Origin: Eremomyces bilateralis CBS 781.70
Lineage: Eukaryota
Reading direction: 5' to 3' (one strand)
Assembly (NCBI GenBank): GCA_010015585.1
Contig: ML975165.1
Length of the DNA stretch: 64,000 nt
The notes under the pieces are model-generated. The model was not told the DNA's origin and searched no databases. It worked only from the letters and a program-made list of their open reading frames with translations. Made by a program: the position numbers and the translations under genes. This document shows positions 26,784-38,716 of this stretch, piece by piece; positions within the stretch are counted from its first letter, which is position 1; every line of letters starts with the position of its first letter.

Positions 26784-29059
26784 ATGGCAGTCGAACGCTC
26801 CAGGGACAAGTCGGAAGATGACTCCGGCCTATCTTCCGAACAGCTTGACGTGGGGCCTGCGGTGACAAAAGTTGTCTTGGACGATGCAAAGTTAGTGACA
26901 ACGAAAGGCAACATTATAACCAAAGAGGGGGCTATCGTAGCCACTGGAGAAGTCGACTCGAGCATTTCGGCCAATCCCTTTGCGGATCCCCAGATCCGAG
27001 ACTACTACATTGGTGTCTATGAGAAAGCAAAATATGAGTGTCGACATGTCTTCGACGCGGATGCCACATGGACAAAAGAAGAGGAGAAGAAGATCATTAG
27101 GAAACTCGACTGGCATGGTATGTACACTATCTAGTGTCTACAGACTCGACTGACGATTATTTGTAATAGTATGCTTGTGGGCATGCATCATGTTCTTTAG
27201 TCTACAGATCGATCGTGGAAACATCAATCAAGCCGTTTCGGGAACTTTTTTAAAGGATCTTAACCTTAATACTAATGGTAGGTAGACCGACATTTGCCTT
27301 TCTAATGATATCTGATTTAAAATATTAGATTACAATCTTGGACATACCGTGTTCCTAGTATCTTTCCTCTTAGCCGAGTTGCCATCTCAATTAATCTCAA
27401 AAAAGTTCGGTCCAGACCGCTGGATTCCTACCCAAATGGTCTTATGGTCCATAGTCGCCATGTCGCAAGCAGGACTTCGAGGCAGATCCGGATTTCTTGC
27501 AACTCGGTCTCTGCTTGGAATGCTTGAAGTATGTTAGCTGATTCCCATAATGCTTCCCTACTAATTGAATCAAATATAGGGTGGTTTCATCCCAGACCTA
27601 ATACTTTGGCTCTCCTACTTTTACACCGGCCGGGAGCTCCCCATTAGGTTGAGCTACTTCTGGACAGCCCTAGGCCTCACTGGTATCATTGCTTCTCTCC
27701 TTGCCTTTGGAATCTTCCATCTCGAAGGCCACCATGGTCTTGCAGGCTGGAGGTATAGTTCCATTTGTTTCATTCTTGGACAATGATTGACACAATTTCA
27801 GGTGGATCTTCTTAATCGAAGGGTCGATGACATTTGGCATTGGCATTACGTCCTTCTTCCTCATGCCAGCTTCTGCAGCCCAGACAAAGACGTGGTTTCG
27901 ACCTAAGGGATGGTTTACTGATCGCGAACTTACTATTGTGGTGAACCGAGTGCTACGAGACGATCCCAGCAAAGGTGATTTAAACCTATATCCCGAGGCG
28001 AGCCGAGACTGATCTATGGTAATAGGAGACATGCATAATCGACAGGCAATCACCCCAAGTCGACTGTGGGCTGCACTGAAAGATTATGATCTCTGGCCGG
28101 TAGGTATCTTCTTAACTGGGACACCAGCGGATGCTAACTGTATATCAAGCTTTACGTGCTCGGCGCCATCTGCAATGTTCCATCGGGGCCACCCACTTAC
28201 TATCTCACGCAAAGTCTTCGAAATCTTGGGTTTAGTACAGTAAGTATTCTCTCTAACATGCGTTCCACCAGCTAATGCCTTTAGTTCCACACCAACCTTC
28301 TTACCATTCCATCAGCGGTGGGAGGTATAATCACTCTTCTCCTCATTACCCGGCTAAGCGAAAAAATCAATGAACGCGGGCTTGTCGTCATACTACAATC
28401 CTTATGGACCCTTCCTTGCATTATTGCTCTCAGAGTGTGGCCAGGTCTTATGAAAGAGCAATGGGCAACCTATGCTCTACTCACCGTTTTACTAAGTGGT
28501 CCATCTGGCTATGCTATTAACGTGTAAGTGTAACCCTCTGTTAGATAGGCGGGAACTCTCGTGACCGGAGTTAATGATTTTGGGCATTGTATAGGGCTTG
28601 GGTGTCGAGAAACTCGAATAACGTTGGCTCTCGCAGCGTATCTGCCGCTCTATTCAATAGTAAGCTATGTTCCTTTCGGCTTCCAGTACCACCAGACCTA
28701 ACGACATCGCTCCAGTATGCGCTCAAATTTGCAGCATTATCTCGGCAAACATCTATCGTGAAGATGACAAGCCGTTATACAAGCGAGGTAACCAAGTCTT
28801 GATTGGAATCAACGTACTGAGCATTGTTCTGTTTCTTAACGCAAAGATATACTTCGTCGTTAAGAACAAAATTCGTGAACGCAAATGGAATGCGATGACC
28901 CCCGAGGTAAGTATGCCAGGTTTGGCTTTCATGGATGCTATCTACTGAGGATCAAGGCTTCGTGTCGTGTGCTGACTATTATCTTAGGAGCGCGTTGACT
29001 ACACATACAATACTACGGACACTGCTAGTCACCGACTCGACTTCCGATTTGCGCATTGA
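26784..29059 (+). CDS. MFS anion:cation symporter, allantoate permease (Dal5-like) family, many introns
   Basis: [67 protein letters not shown], terminal RLDFRFAH. Confidence 0.9.
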
Positions 29060-29601
29060 GACTCAATGAGTCAATGTCCGATATATCGAGCTCTATTCGG
29101 CTTCACTTGTCCCGCGCCTAGACCTATTCTAAACGTCCTATAATTTAACGATAATAAAAATCTCCCGGGAGCTGGCAGCTGTCATGGTTCCAGGCCTGTG
29201 GCCTGTCTCCTGAATGATAGTCACGTGACTAAGTCAACTGTCGAAGTCTTGGACATCGCGCACGCGTCGTAGATAGCTCTTCTTCTTTAGCTTTGCAATA
29301 AATGAAAGTGGTTCTCGTAACTTCTGCGATCAAACCGTCTCACTACCCAGCTGATTCTAATAAGGGTAGAGACTGCACTGTTCTGAAGTGTTCACATTTG
29401 TGCAGCACCTCAAGGAGGATCTTCCCACACTGGCTGCTGGGCAGCGCTTTGTGGTGGATAAATGGAATGTGACCGTTAACTGGAATATCCGGTTAGTATG
29501 ACCGTGTACTTAAGTATGTAGAGATGGGCTTCGACTAAGGTTAAATTTTTGTCCTTTCTTAACTAGAGTTTCCTAATGGTAGTTAACTAGCCATGCCAAT
29601 A

Positions 29602-30452
29602 CAGTCAACCTTCGCTATAACGATTGAATCCGTACAGGCGAATCCAATCGTTATAACGCGGATATCGCTAAAATGAATTTTCTTGGCAGCATTGATTGAG
29701 AATCCGTGCAGGGAATCTTATCGCTATAACGCGAATATCGCTGTAGCGGTAATCGTTATAGCGTTACCTCAGCAAGCTCAGGCCATTGTGGTAGTGCCTG
29801 AGGCAACGAACCGCGCTATACCTAATTGGTATGGTTCTCTACCAAATAGCCTGAGGATCCTGTCATTGATTTTTGGCCTGAGTTAAGATCGTTTGTATGA
29901 GAGCAATTTAATCACTTCAACCTCGTTTTCCTCCACAACGAGCTATCACACAGTAAAATTGACATGTTCAATCGAATCCTCTATCATTTCTTGACAACCC
30001 AGTGAAATTTGGACGATGTCAGATCGAACCTCCTCTCGGCGCAGCGTACAACTGAACCCAACGTCTCCAGAGGTGCTTGAACTGCGGTGGTTGGTTAACG
30101 ATTCTGACGCAGTCTGGCTTCTTACATATCAGCGTTTTTTGCAAGACACAAGCTTGGGGAGTAGAAAAAATTCAAATTCTAGATAAAGTATACCTTGCTG
30201 CACAGCCCAGTGGATTTAAGGGCAATTATAATAAGTCTTCGTGTTGTTATTGAAGAATATGCAAAAGTGAGGTTTCCAAAATCGTGAGAAACACATGAAA
30301 ATTATCGAACAGTCAGTGTGTACCATTGACAGGATCCTCAGGCTATTGGTTCGAGAACTGCATTGACCGATTAGGTATAGTGTGGTTAGTTGCCTCAGGC
30401 ATGACCACAAATAGCCTGAGCTTGCTGAGGTAATTATAGCGGTGGTTGACTG
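29602..30452. mobile_element. pogo/Tigger-like (Tc1/mariner superfamily) MITE, 173 bp when the insertion is removed
   Basis: TA|CAGTCAACCTTCGCTATAA ... TTATAGCGGTGGTTGACTG|TA terminal inverted repeats with TA duplication; internal ATCG(C/T)TATAACGCG repeats. Confidence 0.85.
29764..30433. mobile_element. Non-autonomous TIR element (670 bp, ~105-bp imperfect TIRs, 8-bp TSD TTATAGCG) nested in the MITE
   Basis: Begins TTACCTCAGCAAGCTCAGGC and ends GCCTGAGCTTGCTGAGGTAA; TTATAGCG at 29756-29763 and 30434-30441. Confidence 0.88.
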
Positions 30453-31053
30453 TAGTTACCCCTCATCGAAAGTCACATGATCTCATGTCAACGTCCCCGA
30501 CTCCCTGTCGACTCTCCCCCGAATTGCCCATATTAACCAATTAATTCCAGCAGAATCTGACGATGCCAGGACCGAATTCCTGGATTTTCCTTCTCTTAGC
30601 AGTTCCCGACCCGCGTGGGCAGATCAGATGCATGAAAAAGATGCCGTCTGGGCCGATGCGTGCCGCCGCCTGCGTCTCTGGTTCGCCACTGAAATAAGAA
30701 CCAGCCGTTCACCGGATTTTAAGGTCGGTTCCTTTTTGTCAGTCAATCAGCCCCATCGTGATACATACCTATATTCAATTTCTATCCTTCCGTAAGAATT
30801 CAATAAGAGATGCTAAGTTGATGTCCTATAATCAATCTTCTCAATACCCCGTCATAGTACTACTGAGTCACTACACCAGTCCAACTGAGTGGTATCTTCC
30901 CCTCCTACATATTATCTATAACCATCAATCATCCGGTTTCTTCCTCCACTAGAAAGAGAGTACAGCCCCGGTGAAACGGCTCCATTTCACCGCCGTTGCT
31001 ATTTTGATTTCCATCAGCGGATCCGAAGCCCTTCTGGGGCGCCACTCACCACC

Positions 31054-32556
31054 ATGAAATTCGCACACACCTACCACCAGCTTCTGAACGAGGAGTTCCC
31101 CTCCACCTGGATCGACTCTGCCATCTCCTACAAGCGCCTAAAAAAATGCATCAAGCGCATCCAGCGCGAACTCGCATCCATCGGACTAGACGTCGTAAAA
31201 CTAAGACTGCTACTGAACTCCCAGCCGTCGGCGAGTGATGCTGTCGAGAACAGCGCGGAGTCGGCTGCTCAGCCGGGGATCTGGAAATATACATTGGATG
31301 GCTGCGACTCCGATTCCCCGGATTCCGGCGTCGAGCCCAAGAAATTCGTCCCCAGACTCCTCTTCGCCGTCGACGAAGTGACCGGCGAGCCCCTTGATGC
31401 GCGCCTCGACCCCGTGACGAAGCGCCAGCTCCACAAACTCGCGCTCGCCCAGTCCCTTACCTCCGTACAGCTATTCGCCGACGAACGCCCCGACGACCCA
31501 TCGGACCTCCGCCGCAATTCCTCCTCTTCCTCATCGCAGTCCAGCATCAGCCCCGACAGCCGCGTCAACTCGATGGCGTCGGCGTTTAGCGAAGGCCACA
31601 CCTACCGGATGGTGTCGATCCCGATAACGTCGGACTCGGAGTTCTTCCGCACGCTGCAGCACCAGCTCACGAACATCGCGGCGCTGCAGAAGAGCGAGAA
31701 AGGGAGGCTGACTAGCGCGATCACGGATCTGGGCGCGGTGATCGAGAAGGTCGCCAAGCCGACGTGGCACGGGCGATCGACGCACGATCTGCGACGGTGG
31801 CGGAAGATCTTTCAGTTGTATCTGGACAGTCGGATTTTCGTGTCGACGGGGGAGAAGGATCATGGGGCGCATAATTACGAGCAAGCGCAGAAGAGCTGGG
31901 GTCGGTTTTTAGAGCAGCTGCGAAAGAGTAATCTGGAGAAGGATTTCGCGGTGCGGGAGAGCCACAAGGCGCTGGAGCGGTTTCTGGAGATTAATTTCGA
32001 GTTGTTGCGGAGTCTGCGGTTTCAGGATCTGAACGGGTTGGCGATGGCGAAGATATTGAAGAGTATGTACCCCTTGTTTGACGCCCCCCTCATCCATCCA
32101 CTAACCGCTCCAGAATTCTCCAAGCGCACCGCCCTCTCCCCTCGCCCCGTCCCCCTCCTCCCCCTCTCCCTCACCTCCCCCCTCCTCACCCACTCCCTCT
32201 CCCGCTCCATCGTCTTCGTCCTCTCCACCTCCCTCCTCTCCCTCATCCCCCAGCTCGACGACCATCTCTGTCCCATCTGCGCCGGCATCGCCTACCTCCC
32301 CATCCGCCTCCCCTGCACCCACGTCTTCTGCATCCGCTGCGTCGTCATGCTGCAGCGGCGGAACGAGCGCAACTGCCCCCTGTGTCGGAAGCCCGTGGTC
32401 ATGAAGACGAGTCCCGAGAATTTGGACTGGGATCATGCCGCGTGGTTGCGGAAGTGGTTTCGGAAGGAGGCGATGCAGAAGCATCGGGAGAATGAGCGGG
32501 CGAGTGCGGCGGAGACGATGACGCCCGTGTATAGTGATGGCTGCTCGGTGATGTGA
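31054..32556 (+). CDS. SPX-domain RING E3 ubiquitin ligase (Pqr1/Spx1, NLA-like); intron 32063-32113
   Basis: MKFAH..YKRLKKCIK SPX start; spliced AKILKKFSKRT; C3HC4 RING CPIC..CTHVFCIRC..CPLCR. Confidence 0.9.
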   Translation: MKFAHTYHQLLNEEFPSTWIDSAISYKRLKKCIKRIQRELASIGLDVVKLRLLLNSQPSASDAVENSAESAAQPGIWKYTLDGCDSDSPDSGVEPKKFVPRLLFAVDEVTGEPLDARLDPVTKRQLHKLALAQSLTSVQLFADERPDDPSDLRRNSSSSSSQSSISPDSRVNSMASAFSEGHTYRMVSIPITSDSEFFRTLQHQLTNIAALQKSEKGRLTSAITDLGAVIEKVAKPTWHGRSTHDLRRWRKIFQLYLDSRIFVSTGEKDHGAHNYEQAQKSWGRFLEQLRKSNLEKDFAVRESHKALERFLEINFELLRSLRFQDLNGLAMAKILKSMYPLFDAPLIHPLTAPEFSKRTALSPRPVPLLPLSLTSPLLTHSLSRSIVFVLSTSLLSLIPQLDDHLCPICAGIAYLPIRLPCTHVFCIRCVVMLQRRNERNCPLCRKPVVMKTSPENLDWDHAAWLRKWFRKEAMQKHRENERASAAETMTPVYSDGCSVM

Positions 32557-33240
32557 GGGCATTGCTTTGTCCAAGTTTCTCCTTCCCATGGCTTATTTTG
32601 TTAATTTCGGACGGGAGGGCGTTTTTATATACCCGGTTGATTGAGTTGTTTCCGCATTTGGCTTGGAACTTTTTATAGCGTTCTTCGTCTAGCATTTTCT
32701 TAGCACGGTATGGTTTTCACACGATCCACGAACTACATAGGTGGGCACGACGGGCGAATCTTTCTCCCACTGTCATTTTCGGGTTTTCACGTTTCACGAG
32801 GTCAGGAGATCATGACGCTGCGAGGCGTGCATAATAACTAATCAGGGAGGAGGTCTAATCGCCGAATGAACCCACAGCGCGTGCATTCATTCGACGTATT
32901 CTATTCCGCGTCATATAGCAGCCAGAAGATAGAGCTAATACCAGCCATCGGCATGTCCCTCCTTCTAGCAAAAGAAACCCCCGGGTCCCAGACACCGGCT
33001 CGGTGCAGCCGACCGAAATGCGTCTTCCAACGACGATGCCATCGTGTAGTATGTGTGTATGTATGTATGCAATGTGTCAGGCGCCCTTTCGGGCATCCAC
33101 CGGATCACAAAAATCCAAAAGAAAAAAAGGCAACGCGAATATTACCGTGATGGAAAATCGCAAATCCTACCCGCTCCCAACGCCGCATGACTCACGCTGA
33201 CGATTCTCCCCAACGATTACCATCCTTCCTCATGATACCC

Positions 33241-35029
33241 TCATGCCCCTAACTCCTCACTCTCCTCCAGCCCCCACTCCCCTCTCACCAACCCCTCGAC
33301 CGCCCTCTTCCCCTCTCCCGTCAACTCCGGCCTCCCCACCGGCGTCACCGCCCCCGTAAAGAACCGCGGCGTCCACTCCCTCCCCGACTCCTTCCGCTCG
33401 GCCGCCTTGGCGCGCTGCCGGTCTTCGATCTCGTGCTTGTGTTTCGTAGCGAGTGCGTACTGCTTGTTGAGGAGGGCGCTGGTCACGGAGGACCAAAAGC
33501 GGCGGGATTCGTTGGAGAGTTGGGAGGGGAGGGGGGGAACGGATTTGGGGGCGGGGAAGAGGGGGGCGAGGTCGGTGAGGAGGTGTTTTTCCTGGATGGG
33601 TGTTAGTTCGATTGCCTATATTAGTATTTATGAGGAAGTGGTAAGGCGACGTACGGATGATTTGGCGAATGATTGCGTGCCGAGGGTGAAGTACACTTTG
33701 TCGGTCCAGGAACCCTCGATGCGTCCGAGGACGTCTTTCTCGGACACGTCCTTCACCCGCGTCTTGTCGTCGTTGTCCGGATCGTACTTGAAGATCACGC
33801 CCTCCACTTTGTTTTGCGTCCGCCCCAGCCAGCCTTCTTCCAAGTATTGCAGGATCGTCTTGATCTTCGTCTTCGCGCAGGTGATATAGCAGGTGTCCGC
33901 GACGCTGATGGTCAAGGTCCCTATGAATCCCGTCAGTAACCAGTTTCGGCGTTTCCTCCCCTGGGTAAGATATGCGGTCTACCTCGTAACAACCCTCCCA
34001 AATGCGCCGCCGGATGCGTCAACTGATACTGCTCGTCACCATGGTTCTTCAACGTGATGAAGATCCCGTAATTATGGTCCCCCGGCATCACCTTCACGCT
34101 CGTCCCCGTGAACTTCGCGCTAATCTGATCGTATCCATTCGCCACGATCCCCTTTTCGGGACACTCGATGTAGAACGCGGATACCGGGGGATGGTGGGAG
34201 GTCTGCTCGGTCAGGAAGGAGACGCGGATGGGCTTCTCGGGTTTGCGGGTCGAGTTGGTGCTCGCAATGCTACAGCCGCGGGAGGGGGCGGCGGCTTGGA
34301 GGACGGGTGGGACGAGCTCGTCAACTTCCCAGTTGCACTGGTAGTGGTTGAGTATGGGTTATTCTAGCGAAGATGCTGGAGCGCTTACTCGGAAGAATTC
34401 GCCTAGTGTGGAATTGTATGGTTTGACGGGTTTGCCTTTGACATATTTCTACCGCTCGTTAGTATCATCCGCCTCATCAATCGATTCGAGGGTTTCGTAC
34501 CAGGTCTTTGGTGAACCAGAACCGCAATGCGGCGAGCATGCGTTCTAGCGGTTCATTTGAATCTCCAATACTATGCGTCGTCAGCACCTGTTCAGCGACT
34601 TCCCAACCATCGAATGCACTGACGCAATAAACGTCTCCGGTCGATCCAAGTATGTCCAGTACTCTGCCCATCCTCAATCAGCATCCCATCTCGCCACAGT
34701 CTCGTTCGGCATACCTAAGTTCGGGGTGGGTTCGAGAAGGTGTGCCGGAAGCGAGAATCGGACGGACGCAAGATCCGCCACGCCAACGAACCTGTTTCGG
34801 GAAGAGATTAGCCTGTGATTTTGCGCTTCGACGGGTTTCTCACGCACCTGCGCAGCAGGCCCATCAACGTCCGCAGCTTCGACGAATTGTCTGGTTCTTT
34901 CTCGGCCGGCGCCGTCTCAGCATTCTCAACCGGTATATCGTCCCCGGGCATGGTGGCAGGAGTGGCCAGATCTTTCTCTGGCGCTGGAGTTGAGCCCTTC
35001 GCGACGGGTTCTGACGCAGCTGACGCCAT
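33241..35029 (-). CDS. Oxysterol-binding protein, Osh6/Osh7-like, multi-exon
   Basis: VRFSLPAHLLEP, KPYNSTLGEFF, TEQTSHHPPVSAFY, KHEIEDRQR..WTPRFF. Confidence 0.9.
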
Positions 35030-35902
35030 GATTTATGTGTGTGACTATCTGTCTGTACTTCGATAGAGAATGGCGGAGTTGATGTTGGACTTTGGAAGGA
35101 TGGATTTTGGTGGGGACGTTTCAGACTCTACACCCCGAAAATTCCCTGGCTTAGAGATCCGAGATAGAAGACTGGGGAGTGGGGACCTCGTAAGTGGTAT
35201 TATGTAGAGCACGATTTGGAAGTTGGAGTGAGATCGAGGAGGAAATGAGGATCAGGGTTGCGCCTTGCGGGCTCAATAATGGTGTCTCAGGTAAGGAAGG
35301 CTCTGGACTATGGATTGATTGATATTGGCCGTTTGAATCAATACTGTGACGTCGAGGACTCTGGGTGGATAATGCGATTCCAATGCCAGAGCAACCCGAA
35401 GCAACGTAAGCAAACGGCTTTTATTGGTTATTTTACGATCGATGACTAGATGAGACACATGGAGATGGTTTCGGTCTTTCACATGGGGACTTTGGGAGGA
35501 GGTTAGGAACCCTTCGCTACTCCGCCATTCCGTTCTTCTAATAACGCGTAATGCGTGCTGGCTAGTATGGACTAGCGAGAGAGGGGCAGTGGGGGGGTAG
35601 GCGGTGGCTTGTCTTGATTCCGCATTCCGGGAAGCACGGCCATCTATCCTCCTCTCCCCAGACATATATGAAGATTATGAACCAATCAGCCAGCCACCTG
35701 CAACAAAGAAAGATGCAGGTTTGCTGGAGCTTGAAATAGCTGAGAGCCTCGTGGTGGTGTCCAATTAAGGCCAGGTTGTGTCTTTGGTGAAGATGCCCTA
35801 GCGATGGCTTACACTGCCCAGGTACGGAGTAACGTTGAGTGCTACAGAAAAGACCTCCAGTTTCTGACGCCGTTCTCTACATCGATCTCCGAGACCATCG
35901 TA

Positions 35903-38066
35903 ATGGGAAGGGGAAACAAGTCGCGCCCCCGCGGCAAACAAGATACGCCACGAGACTCTGCGTACTATAAATCGCTCTATGCCGACGATCTAACCCCAGC
36001 ATTGCGACCTATCACAGACGCAACCGAGAGAGGAGTTGGCTATATGTGGAAGAAGTGGACAAAGTGTGTATTCGCTAGGATTTCCTAGGTTTATGACGAA
36101 CTGTTTATCCCTCTTTGATCAGATACTGTTCGCTCCGAGTCCTTGACCCCGATGCTCTTGCCCGCCTGCGAAACATCAGCGTAGCCGAGATCCGGCGATT
36201 CATGCACTGGTATCTGGACAACCATGCTATGACGAAGCTGAATTCCTTCTATGTGCTGATGCGTTACTGGCGGATGATGTACGCTCGGAAGATATACCAA
36301 AGCCTAGACCTTGTCATCGCTTCGGATATGAAAGACGTAAGACTATGGTTCCGTCTAGAGACCATCTCTAACAGCATCGCTAAGGTATGGTTAGTTCATC
36401 GGCACCGTCCTTAAGAGCGAGTACAGTTTGAGTGAGGGTATGAAAGAGAAGCCTGTCATGAACGTAGACGATGTATACTTACTCCTATACCACCACTACG
36501 CGCTATCGAACGAATACTACGCACACGAGCGGGAGCGGGTTCAGCACAGTTTGATTATTCTCTTCATGATCGGCACCTCTGCAAGGCCGTCGACTCTCGT
36601 CGAAGGGGGCGGCTACTACAACACAAACGAAGGCCTCAAGTACAACGATATTGAGATATTCAAGGTTAGGGATCCAAAACTCCCCTCTCAACAAGTCTTT
36701 CTTATGAGAGTCCGGCTTCGGCTTCTCAAGGGCCTTTGACAGTGACTAGATCAAGCAACGAAAGGACTTGTATACATTTTCTGTCCCACCTCACCTGAAA
36801 AGTGTGCAGCTTCATTGGAAAGAGTCAATGCAGGACATTCCGATTTTCCGGCGATCTGTTTTTCGCGGCGGACAGGTGACCGTATCACCGAATAAATCGG
36901 TTCAGTACATGGATCTCTATTACCAGAACGCGCGACTCGGTAAATCTGCTGGTTTTGCAGATTCTCTCGGGCTATACAGCTATCGTAGAGGCGCCGGTGA
37001 AGCGATTGATTGTAAGGGCACACTCTTACTCCTACGCTGGCAATCTTCTTACATCTGCGTGCTTCTAACCTTTTTGAGGCCTCCCTCGCTAACATCGTTT
37101 CTAGGCGTAGCTGGTTCAGATATGCGGAGCTTTGTGATGGGCCATGCTCGTGCAAGTCTCTTTGAGCGCTATTATCGTAATAGTGTTGTCCAGCTCGATT
37201 CGGTATCCGCGTTCCTCGAAGTGCCTTCGAACGACGCGCTGATCAAACTGGCTGGGCATATGAGCTTAACCCGGGATCCCTCTGCGGCCGACTCTATCAA
37301 TGTCGAGCATTCTGCGGTTGACAGCGACCCTGGTATCCAAGAAACCGAAAAGACGTGCCTCCGGCTTCGGAAAGACCTCATTGAAACTTTTGGGAAGATC
37401 AAGAACGGAACGGGCACGGAGCTCTACGATACGTACCGGCGCGAGCGAAGCCATTTACGCAGCGAGAGGATGAAGGTGAAACGGGCGCTCGAGGAAGAAG
37501 CCCGGCGACAGTATTTCCGGACCGCCGGGACTAGGTATATCGATGAACAGCGACGCGACATCGCGCATGAATATATCGAGTCGAAGCCTATATTCCAATT
37601 CGGGGAACGGGAAAGGCTGGCAGCGCTCCTCTTCCAGAATCGAGATGTTCGGCAAGTATCTGAGGAAGTGATTTACGGGCAGCGCATTGCAGCGATGGAT
37701 AACCTAATCAGCCTATGCGGTCGGCATTTGCCCCGCCCTGCGCCCCGTCGACATCTTTCGTTGCGAGATAAATCTCTAGAAGAAATACCGGAGGAGGATG
37801 AGAAAGATTTTAACCCCGACCTCTTTCCTTTGGTGTGTCCGGGCACCCACTGCCTGTTCTGTCTCGGCAATCAGAGCCTAGGGCCACAGTCTAGAACCTT
37901 CGCGTTTGCTCGAAAGGATGCTCTAAAGAATCACGTTGAGAAGCATTTACGCCACCAAGACTGGTCGAAAGAGCCGGAATGCCCTCACCCGCTCTGCGAA
38001 GAGACTTTGAGCACTGATATGCACTTCAAGAACCATGCGGCACGGGTTCACAACATTTTCTTGTAG
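35903..38066 (+). pseudogene. DUF3435 tyrosine recombinase (Starship captain type) with C-terminal zinc fingers; frameshift and internal stop
   Basis: Introns 36064-36122, 36337-36394 and 37012-37104. Motifs KEKPVMNVDD, HERERVQ, TSARP, LKYNDI, LLKG, PIFR, YSYRRG, MGH..FERYY, SLTRDP, CLFCLG, CPHPLC..HFKNHAARVH. The frame breaks at ~36732 and there is a TAG at 36747-36749. Confidence 0.9.
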
Positions 38067-38716
38067 ATTCCGCGAAATTGCCATTTAAACAGAACATTGA
38101 CCAGCTCTCTAAAGTACCTAGCGAGCACTCGCCGGAAACACGATCCTTTGTACTACTACTATGATAAGCGGGATATCTTCTGCCAACCATACAAGATTTC
38201 CCTGGAGCTTGAAACAAACCTCCAGATGTGAATTTGATTGTGACGTAAGTGCCGCTTAAGCTGAATGATACGAGGGTGCTTGGATCTATTTTCGGCAACA
38301 TCTAGCGCAAAAATGGACTGGTTCGTTGACAGCGGCGCCTTCAGTGGATTTATTTCCTCTCCGTCTCTTCTATGCCGTCTTATTTCCTTTTAATCACAGC
38401 ACCTCATTTTTGACTATCATCCTATACCTGAAGAAGAGTGCTAAGACACATCTAGAGCCTGAAACGAAGCTCCAGATGTGTCTTGGCATCCTTCCAGCCT
38501 ACGCTAAGCTGGAAAAAAAATACTTCCAAGACACAGCTTATTCCACCTTTCTGTATCATTCCAAAGCTCTTTGTTTGGGTCATCACCCCAGTGGCAGCTA
38601 GGCTAGGCAGCGCACAACTATAAAGGGGATGCTCCCCGCCCTCTGCCGTTGACGAGCTACAGATAATGGGCTGAAAGCGGGGCGAGAGCGGACGGTCCTC
38701 GTAACCTTCCAAAACC

